Of a stretch of 64,000 bases of DNA, positions 40,915-53,504 are shown in pieces. The stretch comes from Guillardia theta CCMP2712 (lineage: Eukaryota > Protista > Cryptophyta), in assembly GCF_000315625.1 (NCBI RefSeq), contig NW_005434660.1, positions 172,711-236,710 of the forward strand, given 5' to 3'. The notes under the pieces were generated by a model. That model was not told the origin of the DNA, did no database searches, and worked only from the letters and a program-made list of their open reading frames with translations. Within the stretch, counting starts at the first letter, position 1. Every line of letters starts with the position of its first letter. A program made the translations under genes and the position numbers.

Positions 40915-41896
40915 AGGCGGCCGATCCCGGTGACGGTCCAGCCGCTACCGTTGAGTCAACTTCGGGCCCGGCGGGCTCGGGGCCCCGGGGTTGCCGTACT
41001 TTTCCCATCACAGTAGAGACTAGTGCTTGAATAAAGCATGGCACAACTCAGAGACTTGAATAAAGCATCACTCAACTTGCACCCTGAGAGGAGGCAGAAG
41101 AATGCTTCTATGACTCCTACAGCTAGCAATCATGGAGGGCAGCGGTGTGTGAATAGGAGAAGGAATGTGTATACTCTGAGGCGGGTTTGATTTACTAGCC
41201 AAACTTTCAAAAAACTGATATTTGGCTAGGTCGCAAGGTTTGAGCTTCCCGCCATGCGGCTTGCCCCTGCTGCCTTCCTCCTCCTCCCCCTCCCCCTCCC
41301 GCTCCCCCTCCTTCTCCCTCTCCTCCTTCTCCTCCTCCTCCTCGTTCTCCTCCCCCTCCCCATCCTCCTGCCTCCTGCCTCCTGCCTCCCTCTCTCCATC
41401 TCTCCCTTCCTCATCTCTTGTCCTGACACTGTTGCTTCTCTCTGTCTGAATCATTCGGTTTTGCCAATCCTGTTTCACCAACTGTGCATGAAATCCTCGC
41501 AAACAAGTCTTGCTCTAAAAGTTGGTTTGTGCCCTCGCCCCACTTTCCGTGTACTTCCTCTTGTACATTCATTTTTATACTCTTGGTTTATCTAGCTCAT
41601 GGTTGTAGCTTCGCTCTATAGCTGTTTCTCGTCTTTTCTGCGTGCACGTATCCTTCACACATCTTCCACCTAATTGAGGGGATGCGTGAAACATAGATAT
41701 GCCTTGTCCCCATGCCTTTGACATTCATGCCATTTCTTGGTGAGATTGTAACATATCTGATGGGTCTGAAGACTGCTCTTGCCAACATTGTTGTCTCATG
41801 CGTCTAATGATGCGATAAAATTGTTTGATAGATCTGGATTCAGGTACTGGATGGTAGTGAGTTAGATCAACGGCATCTTGAAGATCGACAATACAC

Positions 41897-44800
41897 ATGT
41901 CTGCATCACTGTTGGATGCTGTGGATAGCTCTATCCAGCAGAAGCTCAACACAAATGCTCACTCGAGCGAAGGGTGACTCGTGCAACGAGCAGTTCAAGT
42001 TGACTAACAATAGGTTGCTTCAGATCCGATTGGGACGAAGAAGATGAAGACAAGCAAGTCGAGAATCAAGAGAAGGACCACGGAGAGAAGATGGAAGGAG
42101 GTTAGAGTTGATGAAACCATCCCTGTCGCAGCTCACCAGCATATCCAGAAACCAAAGTGGAGGAGGAGGAGGACAGCAGCTCCGACTGGGACGAAGACGA
42201 CAACCAGCAGGGCCCTGCTGCAGGAGCAGGAGCAGGAGGGGAAGAGGGGAAGACCGGGGAAGAGGAAGGAAAGAAGCAGGAGGAGGAGGAGGAGGACAGC
42301 AGCTCCGACTGGGACGAAGACGACAACCAGCAGGGCCCTGCTGCAGGAGCAGGAGCAGGAGGGGAGGAAGGGAAGACCGGGGAAGAGGAAGGAAAGAAGC
42401 AGGAGGAGGAGGAGGAGGACAGCAGCTCCGACTGGGACGAAGACGGCAACCAGCAGGGCCCTGCTGCAGGAGCAGGAGCAGGAGGGGAGGAAGGGAAGAC
42501 AGGAAAGAAGCAGGAGGAGGAGGAGGAGGAGGAGGACAGCAGCTCCGACTGGGACGAAGACGACAACCAGCAGGGCCCGGCTGCAGGAGCAGGAGCAGGA
42601 GGGGAGGAGGGGAAGACCGGGGAAGAGGAAGGAAAGAAGCAGGAGAAGGAGGAGGAGGAGGAGGACAGCAGCTCCGACTGGGACGAGGACGGCGAAAGCA
42701 GGCAGATTCCAGACACCCAAGAGAATGATGGGGGGGCGGAGAATGCAAAAGCAGGTATGCTATTTTCTTTGAGACGTTCCGAGACCACGGATACGTAACG
42801 TGCGTGCAGAGTTATATGGCAACGTAGAGGAGAAAACCATCGCGGAAAACCAGGTCGATCAAGACAAGGGGCAGGATCAACCTGGAGAAGGAGGTGTGTG
42901 GTGTTGAATTCTGTAGCTGCAGGCTACAAGTCAGCCGATGATCCTTCGGTTTTCGCAGAAGCCGAATGGGAGCAATTCTCGTCCAACCCATTTGACGATC
43001 ACGAACTGGGCACTGACGAGGTGGACCTGCAGCCTTCAGGTCAGTAACTTGCAACATGTGATCTCGTTTTATGATAGAATTCCTTGACAGCGATGGATGC
43101 GAGTCATCCTGGTTTCATGCTGTCGATTCTTTGCTTGTTATCCTGATGTTTTCTTGCAGAAGGCCCACCATCTGTCCAACCAGAACTTCATCTTCCCCCA
43201 GACTCACTGGAGAGCCACCTGCCTCCTCTCCCTGTCAAATCAGCTCCTGACCCGAAATTCACGCTGGCATTGGATGCCATGCTCGCTTCTGAGGTTGGGG
43301 CAATCATTCCGACAAAGGATCCGATTTCCCAGGAGCCAGTCGCTCCACGCGAGCTGCTGGTCGGTAAACTCCCTCCCATCCGCAACGCCTACAAAGCGCC
43401 GAACCCTTTCTCCAAAGCCTCGGAGGATGATTTCGACTTCGAGGGGTTTACTCCCAGAAAGCTTGAGGTCTCCGACTCCAGCACCTTGTCAAGATCTCTC
43501 CATCACGAGAAAGATAGGCACTTTGACTCACGGACCCCAGCTCATGTCCTGCTCGCCGGCGACTCATGTTTTGGCATCGATCGTATCGGCAGACGGCTCG
43601 CAGAGGAGCTGGAAGGAGAGCTGATTGATGCAAATTCACTACATGGAGAGGATTCCGCTGATTCCTCGGGCTCAGAACTCTTGCAAAAAGTGATTGCGAG
43701 GGTTGAGTCATGTCAGGGTTCCTTTGTCTTGATCAACTTCCCTCGGGACGGACACGAGGCGGAAATGTTTCGAGAAGCACTGATCACCAACAACCTGAGC
43801 ATCACTGACTTCCTGCTGCTGGAAGCCGACGAAGAGTTCGTGCTCGAGAAGAAGAAATGGATTGTGGACGAGGACGGCGAGAAGGTGATCGACGCTGACT
43901 TCGAAGAGAACGCTGCTCTTGCAGCTGTGAACGAATGCAATCTCAAGAACAATGCTATTGCTCACGAGTTTGGATCGGTCTGTACCAGCATCGATGCTGA
44001 AGCTGAAGAGGACGAAATATGGGAGCGTGTCAAACTCACTCTGTCCTGCTACCTCACCAAGGAAATCCCCCCGATGCCTGACGAGCCTCTCCTCTCGCCT
44101 GAGGCGGAGAAATCACCGACCAATGCAAGTCAGCACAACCCATTCTCAGAAGTGGAGGAAAAAGAAACGTCACCCCCTGGCAAATCTGCCAAGTTGTCGG
44201 TGAAGGAGCGATACGAGAAAACCGTGCAGCAGGAGCAGGAGAAGAAGATTGAGACTGACATCATGGGGGAGGGCGTCCCGTCTGCTCAAATCAACACTAT
44301 CGTGGAGGAGGGAGAGGAGGAGGAAGAGGAGGGAGGGGAGGAGGCTGAAGTGGAGCAGGACGAGCGACCAGGAGTCGATGATGGAGGAGAAAGTGACGAG
44401 GCTGCTTCATCTTCACAGCCTGGGCAAGGCAAGCCGCTGAACCAGGAGGAGATCGACCGTAAGATGCTGGAGCAAGCACAGAGGGCATGGGCCGGGATCG
44501 AAGAGCAGACGTTGGTTGACAGAAGTGAAGAAGTGCAGCAGGGGATGGTGTCGGAGCAGAGCGGGAAGGTTCTTCCTACCAAGGTTGTCAAGCGCGAATT
44601 TCTTATCTCGTTCGAGGAAGCCCTTGACTTTTTCCGCCACCTTGACCGCTCGCCCTTTCTCGACTCGATCGTGACGCGGGCAGAGGCGGTCGGCTGCATG
44701 GCGAGGTTCATGGAGAAGGTGATGGGAAAGAAGGAGCTGAGCTCGCCCTCCCTGGTGGACGAGCGAGAGCTTGTCTTCGTCATCGCTAAGGTTGCCTTCG

Positions 44801-45411
44801 GGAAAGGCTCCTACGTCTCCGAGCTTGAGCCCGAGGTGATCCACCTCCGGATGCTGCAGACGATCTTCAGCCATGTGACGGGGAGCAAGGAGCCGAGGGC
44901 GAGGATAGGACGGCACTGGGAGGATATTGGGTTCCAAGGAACTGACCCAGCGACGGACCTGCGCGACCTGGGGATGCTGAGCATGCTGCTCCTACTGTAC
45001 GCCTCGAGCAATCACCTCCAAAAGGTCAAGCAGGTCTTCCTGTTCGCGTCGGAGTCCGCATCTGTCTCCGACGCGGCTGACCATGGCTTCCCCTTCAGCC
45101 TGCTCGCCATCAGCCTGTCGAGGATCTGCCTGGAGGTGCTGAGGACGGGCGGCCTGACTGACGCGATGAATCGCGAGCAGAGCGTGTTCGACGTGCTCAA
45201 CACGTTCTTCATGGGCCTCCTTCTCGAGTTCTTCTCCCACTGGCGTAAGAACGGGCTCGAAGTTAACCGAGGTGACTTCCAGCTGGCGCTGGAGCATGTG
45301 GAGAAGAAGGCTCAGGCTCGGCCCGCCTCCATCCTCAAGGCATCTCGTGACCCTGTCTGGGAGCCGCCGGCTGATCATGTCGGCGGCGATCCCGCGTTCA
45401 CCAGCTTCTAA
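41897..45411 (+). CDS. ELMO/CED-12-domain (ELMOD3-like) ARF-family GAP with acidic Trp repeats, NPF motifs and an adenylate-kinase-like segment
   Basis: MSASLLDA.. splices through SDWDE repeat exons into ORF 43270-45411. GAP motif HWEDIGFQGTDPATDLRDLGMLSML followed by FPFSLLAISLS. Confidence 0.8.
42157..42695 (+). repeat. Coding tandem repeat, ~4.5 x ~120 bp (EEEEDSSSDWDEDDNQQGPAAGAGAGGEEGKTGEEEGKKQ)
   Basis: Near-identical in-frame units; indels are multiples of 3. Confidence 0.93.
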
Positions 45412-45438
45412 TCGTCCAGCTGCTCTCGATATTCTTTG

Positions 45439-45651
45439 CTACAAGACAAGCTCCATGAGATCAACTTCCCAGACCGTCTCGTTCCTCCTGACGACCCGGA
45501 AGCCTTTCCTGTAGTCGGTAAAGTCACCAAGGTCAACCTGGCCAGCCACTTAACCTCAGGTAGAACTCATGGCCAGAAGTAAACTTGCGTGATGTCTTAA
45601 TAAACACTCTTAAAATCGACATGAAACATGGAGAAAAGAAGGGAGGGAGGG

Positions 45652-45702
<51 letters not shown>

Positions 45703-47202
45703 CCTGGAGAAAGATCCTCTTGTATCCGTGCTGCATCGCGAACGATCTGGCAGACTGAATCAACGCACGATAAGAGGCGGGGATTTGATACCTTGCTGTA
45801 GCAAAGAGCAAGCTCCCAACTCCCTTTCCCCTGCTACCAGCGTCAGCCTCTGCTACGCCGCTGATCCCTCTGCTCGCCTTGCGTCTCTCCGCACGTAGAA
45901 ATGTCTCAGCTCGAGCCCAGCACTGTCCGGCCGGAAGCCTTGCGGGCTGTCAACGTGACAGCCGTTTGCTGTATCAACAGACCTGGATGAATAGAGGCAG
46001 CGATGACAGTGACGGCAATCATGCCCAGCACTCGGCGCGATTGACCAACATTGTTTTCAGCTGCCACCTGCTCCCCGTGCTGGGCTCTTGCAAGGGATCA
46101 ACAACAGCAACAGGGAGAACTTTGATGAAGCTCGCTACCTTGTTGCTGCACATGCGACCCACATGTTGGAAGTTTCATGAGGTAACGGGACGGCAGAGAG
46201 ATCCAACGACGATGAGCCGCTGAGAAAATCCCTCGAGCCATCTGATTGAAGCTTCTCAAATTCCTCTGGTACATGAGTGAGCGGCAAGTCCTGGAGCAGA
46301 CCAGAAGAACCTGCATAGAAGACCTTGTTGCTTGCTCGGAGACCATACTCCAGGATCGATCTTCGAATGATTTCTGGGGACGCACGTCAGCCTCCTGCAA
46401 TCTTTCCGTTGACTACCTACGAGTGCACTCCTCCGTATCGCGTGCTGCATCGAAGTTTCTGACCTGCGATGGAGTTGAGATGAGCAACCCAGCAAACGAA
46501 AAAAACCTCAATGTGCTTAAAATCGACCTCTTCATCTGGTGTTCACGTGAGTACGAGTGAGCAAGACAAGGTTCTTTCCTCTCTCTTCCACTCTACCTCG
46601 AGAAAAGAACGCATCGGAGTCGGCCGGCATTACTTTCAATCTTTCCCCCCTTGCCCGCTCCTTGTTTCGCTCCCTACACACCTGTAACATGCAGTCATAA
46701 ATCAGTCACAACGTGCGGAAGAACCTTCATAGCGTCATCGTAGCTGCAAGTGATGTGCTCTCCTTCTGGTATCCACCTTTCAAACCATGTGAGCCTCGCT
46801 CCTCAAAGATACCATTCCCTTCCTACCTCCCCCATCCATCGGAGTAGCAGAGCTGGAAAACGCCTTTGAGCCGAACTCCTTGAGACGGGGAGAGTAAGGA
46901 CAACTCAGATATCTCCATGAAAATATCTCAACGTACGCCTGTCTCGAGCAGCATGAACTGCATCCTGCGGGTTGAAGAACACATCACACTCCTGATCATT
47001 CTTGTTGTCAACATATGCGATCGAGCAAGGGAGGGAAGATAATCACATCAGCGCTGACTTCTTCATGGTCAGGAAGTATCTTCACAGAATAAGCGCGTCT
47101 TGGTTGTTCTAGGGTTGTACCCTCCTCATCCAGTAGTGCAGGAAGAATAGCCGAACCCTTCGTGTGCCATGCTTCAGTTCGGGCAGGCTCTACTCCCATC
47201 AT
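45439..47202 (-). CDS. GNAT-family acetyltransferase
   Basis: Spliced C-terminal half: NMWVACA..RVLGMIAV..LELRHFYVRRDAR-GKGVGSLLFATAR-SFAMQHGYKRIFLQ-TSRKFTSGHEFYLR-KGF (acetyl-CoA motif A and FY..GF motif B). Stop at 45439. Confidence 0.75.
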
Positions 47203-49126
47203 CTTCTTCCTCCTCCTCCTCCTCCTCCTCCTCTTCTACTCGCTTCCCCCTTCATTTTGTTTGATTCCTTGCTTCTTCTCTGCTCTCTCCTCCTCTCTCC
47301 TCCTCTTCTCCCCGTCTTGCTTCTCTCCTCTCTCACCTGCTGCACGTACACTTGCATGGACCGGGCCGGATCCTATGGTTTTTCCTTTTCTTTCTTTCTT
47401 TCTTTCTTTCTTTCTTTTACAGAAATTTTTTAAGTACTACCGTACTTGATTCATTGACTTGAAGCCTCAGAGTCACGGTCAGTCAGCCCGGCCGGGCTTG
47501 GACAGTTCCGCCGGACTCGGAAGTTCCTTACTGTTAAGTTAAGCCTACAACGCGGGAGTTGTGTTGAACTTCGGAACGTGTCATCGGGGCCGCCTGCCCC
47601 CGGCCACTGACCGTGTTCCCGTGACTCACTGGTGGCCACGGTCACGCCGCCGCGGCCGCCGCGGGGCGGGCTGGGCCCGGCCGGGCCATCCGATCCGGCG
47701 GCCCGGCTCGTGACGGAGTCCGATCGAGAGTCACGGTCACGAGTTAACTCGGCGCTATCTGACTGGCACGGCTGGCAGCAGTGCGATCCATCAGCTTTGC
47801 CTATAACTTATGATGCCGGCGTACAGGTTGATTCCGAGCCGTTAAGTGTTAACTAGCTAGTAGTCACTACCGTACGTACTATTGAAACTACTATGTGCCT
47901 TGAAAGTAGAACCGTTGAACATTGTTCCGAGTCAACCGGACCGGGTCAGGCCCGGGCCCGTCTGACCATCGATGACTAGTATTACAGGACCCACCCCTGT
48001 GCATTTCCCTCTTCAAACTCTACCACGCCTGTATCAGAGCCCCACAGGAAAAAGAACCCCAAAACCAACAAGCGAACGTAATGTCCGAAACCGGCCCGGC
48101 GGCTCGCCGCGCCGCGGCGCGGGGGTCGGTGACTCTCCGTTTCTCCGACCGGCAACCGTGCCAGGGTGACAAGCCCGCCCCGGCACACCACCGTTGAGGT
48201 AGAAAGCTACACCAATCTCAGTCATTCAGACCGGTACAGCGGTACTACCGGTAATACCGGGAGGTAGGTTAGCCACCCCCGTACGGTGGGTCATACCTGA
48301 GGTCATACAGTGAGAAGAAGGGAGGGGTAGTTCTGATCGGGACCCGTGACTGTTACTCGTAACGGTAGCATTGTGCTACCCGCTCTACTACCCCCGCTTC
48401 GACCTAGCAAAACTTAATCTGAGACCCGTACTGGGAGAGAGGAAGTGTACAGTACCCTGTCAAAGAGGCTTGTCACGGGGTAGGGGTGAGAAACGGAAGA
48501 CGCGCCATCCTTTGTGATAGGTACAGCAATAACGGTGTCGGTCAGGCTCTCGATAAGGGGGTGGGGTAGTGGGTCAAGTAGAGGGTGGGGTGAATCAGCA
48601 TGTTATGAGAGGACAAGGAAAGCGATTGAATCATGGGATCAGAGTTGGTGATGGTGGAATCATGTGGCTCCATATGCAGATGTCACCAGACATCTTTGCT
48701 CTGATTCTCTTTGCAAACTCAGGCTGCCAAAGACTGGAAGGTTGATGGCACGGTAGACATAGAATGTTCAACCCATGGCGCATAATATTTGGACGAGATT
48801 CAAGATTATGCATGCTGAGTTGCGAAGATAGAGAGTAGTTCAGGTTTCGGATGAGAGATATTGTAGGTTTGAAACGTAGAAAGATTGTTGCATACACAGC
48901 ATATTTTGTACGCCTCCTCAGAAAACTGAGTTGGGCCAGTGTTTTCAAATTCAAATTCAAGAACAAATTTTTCGTTATCATATATGAGAGGGTCTTGTTA
49001 GTGCATGCTTGTCTGCACTTTGCTAAAGTCTGCAGCTTTTCTACGTTCTGATAGACCTGGAGTCTTCATTTCAAACATTTGACTCTTTTGTGACATTCCT
49101 CGTTTGCAAGGGAGAAATCCAAAGAC

Positions 49127-52027
49127 ATGGCAGACAATCAAGAAGAGCCTATGGTCTTTGTGAAAGCCATTCGGGCAGAGAACATCCGAAAGGGAAGCGA
49201 TCAGTCTCAGCCCAGTGTTTTCATGAAATTTCGCATCAACAAAGGTGCGCTGAGTTCATCATGGAGGACAGACAAGTCTGACGAGGTTGCTCTCAAGGCG
49301 GGCACGGGGAGGATCCGATGATAACCGAGGTCGCGCCCAAGGAAGACAACCCCCAGTGGGACCAATCCTTCAACCTCAGAGTCAGAGACCCTGAGAACAG
49401 CCAGCTGGAATGCACCATATGGGGCGCCGAGGAGGTGGGGAAGGAGACGCCCTCCCCGGAGAACTTTTACGGAGAGGTCATCCTGAACCTGGCCAAGTTG
49501 ATTCCCTTCAACCATCGCTACCTTGAGCAGGTTCTTTCGAATGTCCATCGGTTGTTCGGAAGACTCTGACACATGTGCGATGCAGTGGTTTGATATCAAA
49601 CAGGGGAAGACCTATCCCGTTGTAGGCGACAGGAAGGCACAGGGAAAGCTCAAGATCGGCCTGCAGTTCAACATCCCTGACAATGAGACAAAGAAGGCTG
49701 AAGGGGCTGCCGTGCAGAACAAGGCTGCAGACTCTCAAACTGCACCTGAGGCTCCCAAGGCAGACACAAAAGTCACGTCCGAACAACCAGCTCCCGAGGC
49801 CCCAGCAGCAGCACCTGCTGCTCCAACATCTCCTGCAGCTGCAGGGCCACCGCCACCTCCACCATCTGTTCCGAAGGTGAGTCATGGGTACCTGGGAAAG
49901 TGCTTGAGGTGATGGATTGCTCTCAAGAAGGAGGAGGAGGAGGAGCCTGGCAACATCAAGCCCTCATCGGTACGATTGGATTTATGGGCTTCGACCTGCC
50001 GTCTGAACCTGTCACAGTTGAAGAAGCAGTCATCGGAGATCGAAGCTCCCAAGGCAACCTATCCCCCAGCTCCAGAAGCCCATCAGAATACTGTCCAAGT
50101 GTCTATTGAAGGTTTATCCAACCTTCCACGGTCTAAGGTGTCTAGCGGGATTATGTAAGTGTATGTTGTAATCACTGCAACAGTTCAACCGGTCACTGCC
50201 GCGCCCATACGTCTTGATGGAAGTCGATGGAGTGTCTGGACGTACTTCAGTATTCAAGGACAGAGCGCATGAAGCAGTTTTTGAGGATCAACCTTTTGTT
50301 TTTGGAGTTGACTCTCAAGTACTGATCACTTAGCATCTGTTTTTGCTGACTTGCTCCTTTACAGAAGTCGGAACAAACATCCATCGTCTTTACAGTGTAC
50401 AACTGGAGCAAAGGGAATGATGAATCTGTTGGTGTCTACAAGGTGACGCCATTGCCTTCAACATCCCATCTTCTGGGCTCACTTGAGCTTTTTAGTTGCC
50501 TTTGACCGATATCAAGGGCGAAGGGCCCATCACAGCCAACTTGTGCTCTGTCAATGCCCCAGATGAAGCCTTGCTGGGACCCAATGGCACCATAGCGCAG
50601 CTTACCTATAGAGTGTCGTACAGTGGTCAGCAAGTCAAGAGCTCGAAGCAAGTCGAGGAGCAAGTCACAGCTTACAACTCGCCCACTAACTCGAAATCCA
50701 CATCACCTTCGCTTGCAGAGAGCCAAGGAAACAAAGGTGCATCAGAGGCTCCTACCAGTCAGCAGGTCGATGCAGAACCGCGATCACCAGCAGGAGTGGC
50801 TGATGTTGGAATTGTCCTGGCTAAGAACAAGAACTCGATCGCCGTCGTAGACATTCTGCACGGAAGTCCAGCCTCCATCTCCGGTCAAATCAGGAAGGGT
50901 GATGTTCTCATCGACGTGGATGGCCGAGACGTACGCTTGCTTTTCTCTTTCTAGTTCGGTTGCCCTTGTGACCCCTTGATAGGTCATCGGGAAGCCCGTC
51001 GGAGAGGTGCAGAGCATGCTCAAGGGCGACAGGAACTCCCCTATCACGATGATCTTCCAGCGAACCGTCGGCCAGAGTCAAGACCAGGTTGTCGTCACGA
51101 TTTTGCGGGCCGTGCTATCAGGAGCACCATCGTCCAGCGAAGGAGTTGCTTCACCTGTACCTGTTGCTCCATCGTTTCTCTCCCCATGTGTGCTCACTCG
51201 CCCACAGTCTGTTCGCTCGTCTCCTCCTGCTCCCAGCAGCTCGCAGAATGACAACGAGACCATCAAGAACCTCAAGAAGCAGTTCAGTGGCCTGTCGTTC
51301 ATCTGGGGCGATGCGGTGCACGACTCCGTGGAGGAGAGCATGAAGGAGTGGAGAGCTGACATGATCTTCGGTCCTAAGCCTGCCCTGTTGCTTCCTGTTG
51401 CTGATCCGTTTCCCAAGGCCCCAAGAAGAATATCTCCTCCACTGCAGAAGCACCACAGGAGAAGTAATGAGTTGGGGAGCGATTGGGAGAAAGGAGGGAG
51501 GAGGGATGACGGTGGAGGGGAGGAGAGATTCAAGGAGCAAGAGGAAGGTTATGTTCGTTGACACAAGTTGTGTCAGCTCTGTCGTCGGAAGAAGCTTCAA
51601 TCACCTTCCTCCCTCCATCACCCCTCAAGTTCCTATGTTCAGAAGTTACGACAACATGACCCCCACCTACGCGAGGTTGGCTGCTCCTAGAGAAATGGCT
51701 CGAGATGGTCTGACGGCATTTGCCTCGCACTCCCAGGTCGTATCAGACGTACAACTTCCAGCCTGCTGCCGCTGATTCATATCGCATGTCTATGATGGTG
51801 AGAAGTCTTGTGTTGAGCGACCTGTGACGTTTGAAACGTGGGCTTCTCAGAGTCCCATGCCAGCAGCTTCCTATGCGAGTAGTTACAGAGGTCAGTCTGC
51901 TCGTTTCTCCTGCCGCATCTGACGCTAACGTGAACATGTAGGCACACCAACCTATAGCTCGTTCGTCAGCAACTACGCCTCCATGCCTCAGATCGCTCCT
52001 CTTGGAAAGAACGATTTTGTGTGTTGA
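49127..52027 (+). CDS. C2-C2-PDZ domain protein (3' end uncertain: 51561 or 52027)
   Basis: C2 #1: VFVKAIRAENI..NPQWDQSFNLRVRDPENSQLECTIW..GEVILNL..QWFDI..GKLKIGLQF. Then an Ala/Pro linker. C2 #2: AVFEDQPFVFG..IVFTVYNWSKGNDESVG..LPLTDI. PDZ: VGIVLAKNKNSIAVVDILHGSPASISGQIRKGDVLIDVDG. Confidence 0.78.
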
Positions 52028-52459
52028 ATGTTGGCAACGCGATGAAGAGAAGATAATGTAAGGACGGAATAAACTACTTGCAATGCAAGAGTCTTTGATG
52101 CCCCTCACTGCCGTCTTGGCCTTGTCACAGTGCTGCTTCTCCTTAACTCTTGTTGTTCGATAGACGAACTGCTTCTAACTCAAACTTAAAAGTCAAATCA
52201 GATCATTAGTAATTTGTTGACAAAAAAATCTAGGTTCCGCCGGCCCGATCCTTTATAAAGGAGCAAAGTACGAGGAGGCTGCGATCAGAGACAAGAGCCT
52301 GATGCGACGATGAGCGAGCGAGAACCTGACGATCTCTGTCCTTGATATCATCTGACGACACGATATCAATCTTTGATATCATCTGACGATCACAGTCGTT
52401 GATATCATCTGACTATCATTGTCCTTGACTTCATACCCTCCGCTCGTTGCCTTATCTTT

Positions 52460-53477
52460 GGATGCCCAAGAGTGATACTGCGGAGTTTGCCGACGTGGCT
52501 GAAACAGTCTCAAGCTTGGGCTTGCTCCCAGGAATGCAGTTGCAATGCCCGATGGGAGTGAAGGTGAAACAATTTCCTGCTGACTCGATGCTTTTCTACT
52601 GTCATCAAACTACATGACGATCGCTGCTCTGTCATTGACACGTGTTTCTCGTTAGGTTGAGGTTGAGGGTGTGGGAAGGAAGGACAAGGTCTTGTACATG
52701 CGATACCCTTCCGATATAGTCACACCAACGAGCATCACCGATCTCGACTCGCTTGTTTGCGCCGGCTACAAGATAGAGACAAGCTTCTTGCGCGATCTCA
52801 TTCACCTGGTGGACGTTGACGTCTTGAAGGGCCTGGCTGGGCAAGAGGCTGAGACGATCTCGAGGAAGTCTCGCCAGACTGAAATTGAGCCCAACCTGCG
52901 GGAGCACATCATGCATCTCCCCGACAGGTGTGTCTTCGAGAACTTCTCCTTGCTCAGCAGCTCTGCTGTCCGTCAAGGTAGCTCCCTCGGCTCGAAGCTC
53001 CTCTGACTCGTCCCAGTGAGAGAGCGCATGCTGCTGGAGAAGAAGACGAAGACGACGAGCTCCCGTCCTCTCCTTCCAATCCAGCACAGCCCGACTCCAG
53101 CTGTGGATCCAGCAAGGCTGGTGATGCCTCAACATTCCTCCTGCTCCTTCTCACCCGTACACAGCTCAGCAGCTACAGCAAGAGCCTCGGGTCGCCGTCA
53201 ACGGACTTCGAGCGCAAGGTGAACATGTTGAAGGCGCACTGTGCAGGAGATATACTGATGCTGCAGCAGATCAAGAAGTACTTCGAGAGGCATTACAATG
53301 ACGCTGATTTGCCGGAGAATGTGCGAACGAGGCTTGTATGCGATGTCTTGATGGTTGACTTCACGTAGGTAAAGCTTCACTTCTCTCAATTCCCCGTCCC
53401 CAGCACACCCGAGACAAAGACGACGAAGAGCGGCAAGAAGAAAAAGGGGACAAACAAGTCAAACAAGGCCAAATAAT
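52460..53477 (+). CDS. Hypothetical protein (start uncertain)
   Basis: Spliced coding-like exons (VEVEGVGRKDKVLYMRYPSD..; YFERHYNDADLPENV..) ending in a Lys-rich tail KSGKKKKGTNKSNKAK*. Confidence 0.45.
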
Positions 53478-53504
53478 GTACAGCAGTTCTCTCCAAGGGA
53501 TAAT

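Noticed and set aside
41022-41070. CTTGAATAAAGCAT direct repeat as a TSD or element terminus of the chimeric locus
   Set aside because: Both copies lie on the same side, and I found no matching copy left of the kinase fragment.
47440-48300. Structured ncRNA or tRNA in the GC-rich tract
   Set aside because: No cloverleaf, A/B boxes or rRNA/snRNA motifs recognised.
52340-52432. Mini-CRISPR-like repeat-spacer pattern
   Set aside because: Repeats (15-17 bp) and spacers (~12 bp) are too short, and the spacers resemble the repeat.
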